From positions 1-24,345 of the forward strand of contig JBJHDK010000037.1 of NCBI GenBank assembly GCA_050486505.1: a stretch of 24,345 nt of DNA, in the 5' to 3' direction. This document shows positions 23,120-24,345 of the stretch, piece by piece; the stretch's first letter is position 1, and each line of letters begins with the position of its first letter. The stretch comes from Fibrobacteria bacterium (GTDB lineage: Bacteria; Fibrobacterota; Fibrobacteria; UBA11236). The notes beneath the pieces are model-generated. The model was not told where the DNA came from, did not search any database, and worked only from the letters and a program-made list of their open reading frames with translations. The position numbers were made by a program, and so were the translations under genes.

Positions 23120-24345
23120 GCACCGCCCGAATCCGATTTCCCCCGTCGTTGAATTTCCGCCAGTTTCACCAGCGCCTCAAGAGGCGTCAGGCCGTTTGCG
23201 TCCACGCCCATCACCGCATCGTATACCGCGCGATGGACGGGGTTTTCCACCATGATTTTTTCGGGGGTTCCCCCTGCGGAGAACAGATCCACCTGGGATC
23301 CCCCCGCCTTCCCTCCTCTCCGGAGGGTTGGGGAGGAAGACGCACCGACTCCCACCGTCCCCTTCTCTTCGAGTTCCCCGAGGATCTCCCCCGCCCTGCG
23401 GATAACCGCATCGGGAACCCCCGCCATCTTCGCCACCTGGATTCCGTAGCTTGAATCGCAGGCGCCGTCCACGACCTTGCGCAGGAAGATCACTTCACCG
23501 TCCGCTTCGCGCACGGTGACCTGTGCGTTGCGCAGGCGCGGCAGCTTGTCGGCAAGTCGCGTCAACTCATGGTAATGCGTGGCGAACAACGTGCGCGCGG
23601 CGATGTCCGGATTCTGGTGCAGCGCCTCGGTGATGGCCCACGCGAGCGAAAGCCCGTCGTAGGTGCTCGTGCCGCGTCCGATTTCGTCAAGCAGCACGAG
23701 GCTGCGCGGCGTGGCGTGCCGCAGGATGGAGGCGGTCTCGATCATTTCGACCATGAAGGTGCTCTGCCCGCGCGCAAGGCGGTCCGAGGCGCCCACGCGC
23801 GTGAAAATGCGATCGACCAGGCCTACACGCGCCACGTCGGCGGGCACGAAGGAACCGACCTGCGCGAGCAGCACGATGAGTCCGGTCTGGCGCAGGTAGG
23901 TGGATTTACCCGCCATGTTGGGGCCGGTGACGAGTACGATCTGCCGGTCACGTGTATCGAGCTCGGCGTCGTTGGCGATGAACTGCTCCTCGCCCGCCAA
24001 CGCTTCCACCACGGGGTGTCGACCACCCAGGATACGCAGGCCGGTGTCGTCCGAGATCTCGGGACGCGTCAAACGCAGGTCGGTGGCGACGGCCGCGAGC
24101 GACTGCAGCACGTCGACGGCGGCCAGCGCGCGGGCCGCCGCCAGCATGCGCGGAGCCTCGGCGGCCACGGCATCGCGGATGCCGCAGAAGATCTTGTACT
24201 CCAGCGCGTTGATCCCGCTCTCGGCGCTGAGGATACGGTTCTCCCACTCCTTCATCTCGGGCGTGATGTAGCGCTCCGCGCCGGTGAGGCTTTGCTTGCG
24301 CAGGTAATGCGCGGGCACCTTGTCCTCGTGGGTCTTGGTCACCTC
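23116..24345 (-). CDS. mutS: DNA mismatch repair protein MutS, C-terminal part; start lies beyond the window
   Basis: RKQSLTGAERY, GRHPVVE, Walker A TGPNMAGKST, STFMVEM, DEIGRGTST, FATHYHEL, SYGIQVA, and C-terminal LTPLEAL. Confidence 0.97.
   Translation of the reverse strand, partial: EVTKTHEDKVPAHYLRKQSLTGAERYITPEMKEWENRILSAESGINALEYKIFCGIRDAVAAEAPRMLAAARALAAVDVLQSLAAVATDLRLTRPEISDDTGLRILGGRHPVVEALAGEEQFIANDAELDTRDRQIVLVTGPNMAGKSTYLRQTGLIVLLAQVGSFVPADVARVGLVDRIFTRVGASDRLARGQSTFMVEMIETASILRHATPRSLVLLDEIGRGTSTYDGLSLAWAITEALHQNPDIAARTLFATHYHELTRLADKLPRLRNAQVTVREADGEVIFLRKVVDGACDSSYGIQVAKMAGVPDAVIRRAGEILGELEEKGTVGVGASSSPTLRRGGKAGGSQVDLFSAGGTPEKIMVENPVHRAVYDAVMGVDANGLTPLEALVKLAEIQRRGKSDSGGA

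Noticed and set aside
23256..23278. gggggttccccc in mutS resembling 8476-8487 in the rimP leader
   Set aside because: Low-complexity G/C runs, one copy inside coding sequence; likely coincidental.

Overview
A GC-rich bacterial chromosomal window made mostly of housekeeping genes. In order: 3' end of an RND efflux permease plus a TolC-family channel; a minus-strand hemF-NUDIX-hypothetical operon; lgt; dprA-ftsB(divIC); mazG; a 70-aa membrane ORF; the conserved rimP-nusA-infB-rbfA-truB-ribF-rpsO-pnp-M16 peptidase cluster; a two-domain lipoprotein; soxR divergent from an NAD(P)H-dependent FMN reductase with a clear SoxR box; a COX15/CtaA heme A synthase; and the 3' part of mutS. The taxon is possibly Fibrobacterota/FCB group (inference only). 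There is no CRISPR array, tRNA/rRNA, transposase or integrase. The unexplained signal is non-coding. (1) Three intergenic cassettes are each bounded by inverted arrays of tandem 7-mers (4489-4642, 13733-13922, 20805-20921), and each cassette's private variant unit is mirrored in both arms. (2) Two GTAR-GGGC REP-like hairpins supply stop codons, one of them nested in a perfect 17-bp inverted copy of the mutS 3' end. (3) A TAnnnT hexamer recurs 6-10 nt before start codons that lack a Shine-Dalgarno (candidate leaderless mRNAs). (4) There are structured leader/intergenic RNAs before rimP and between infB and rbfA.
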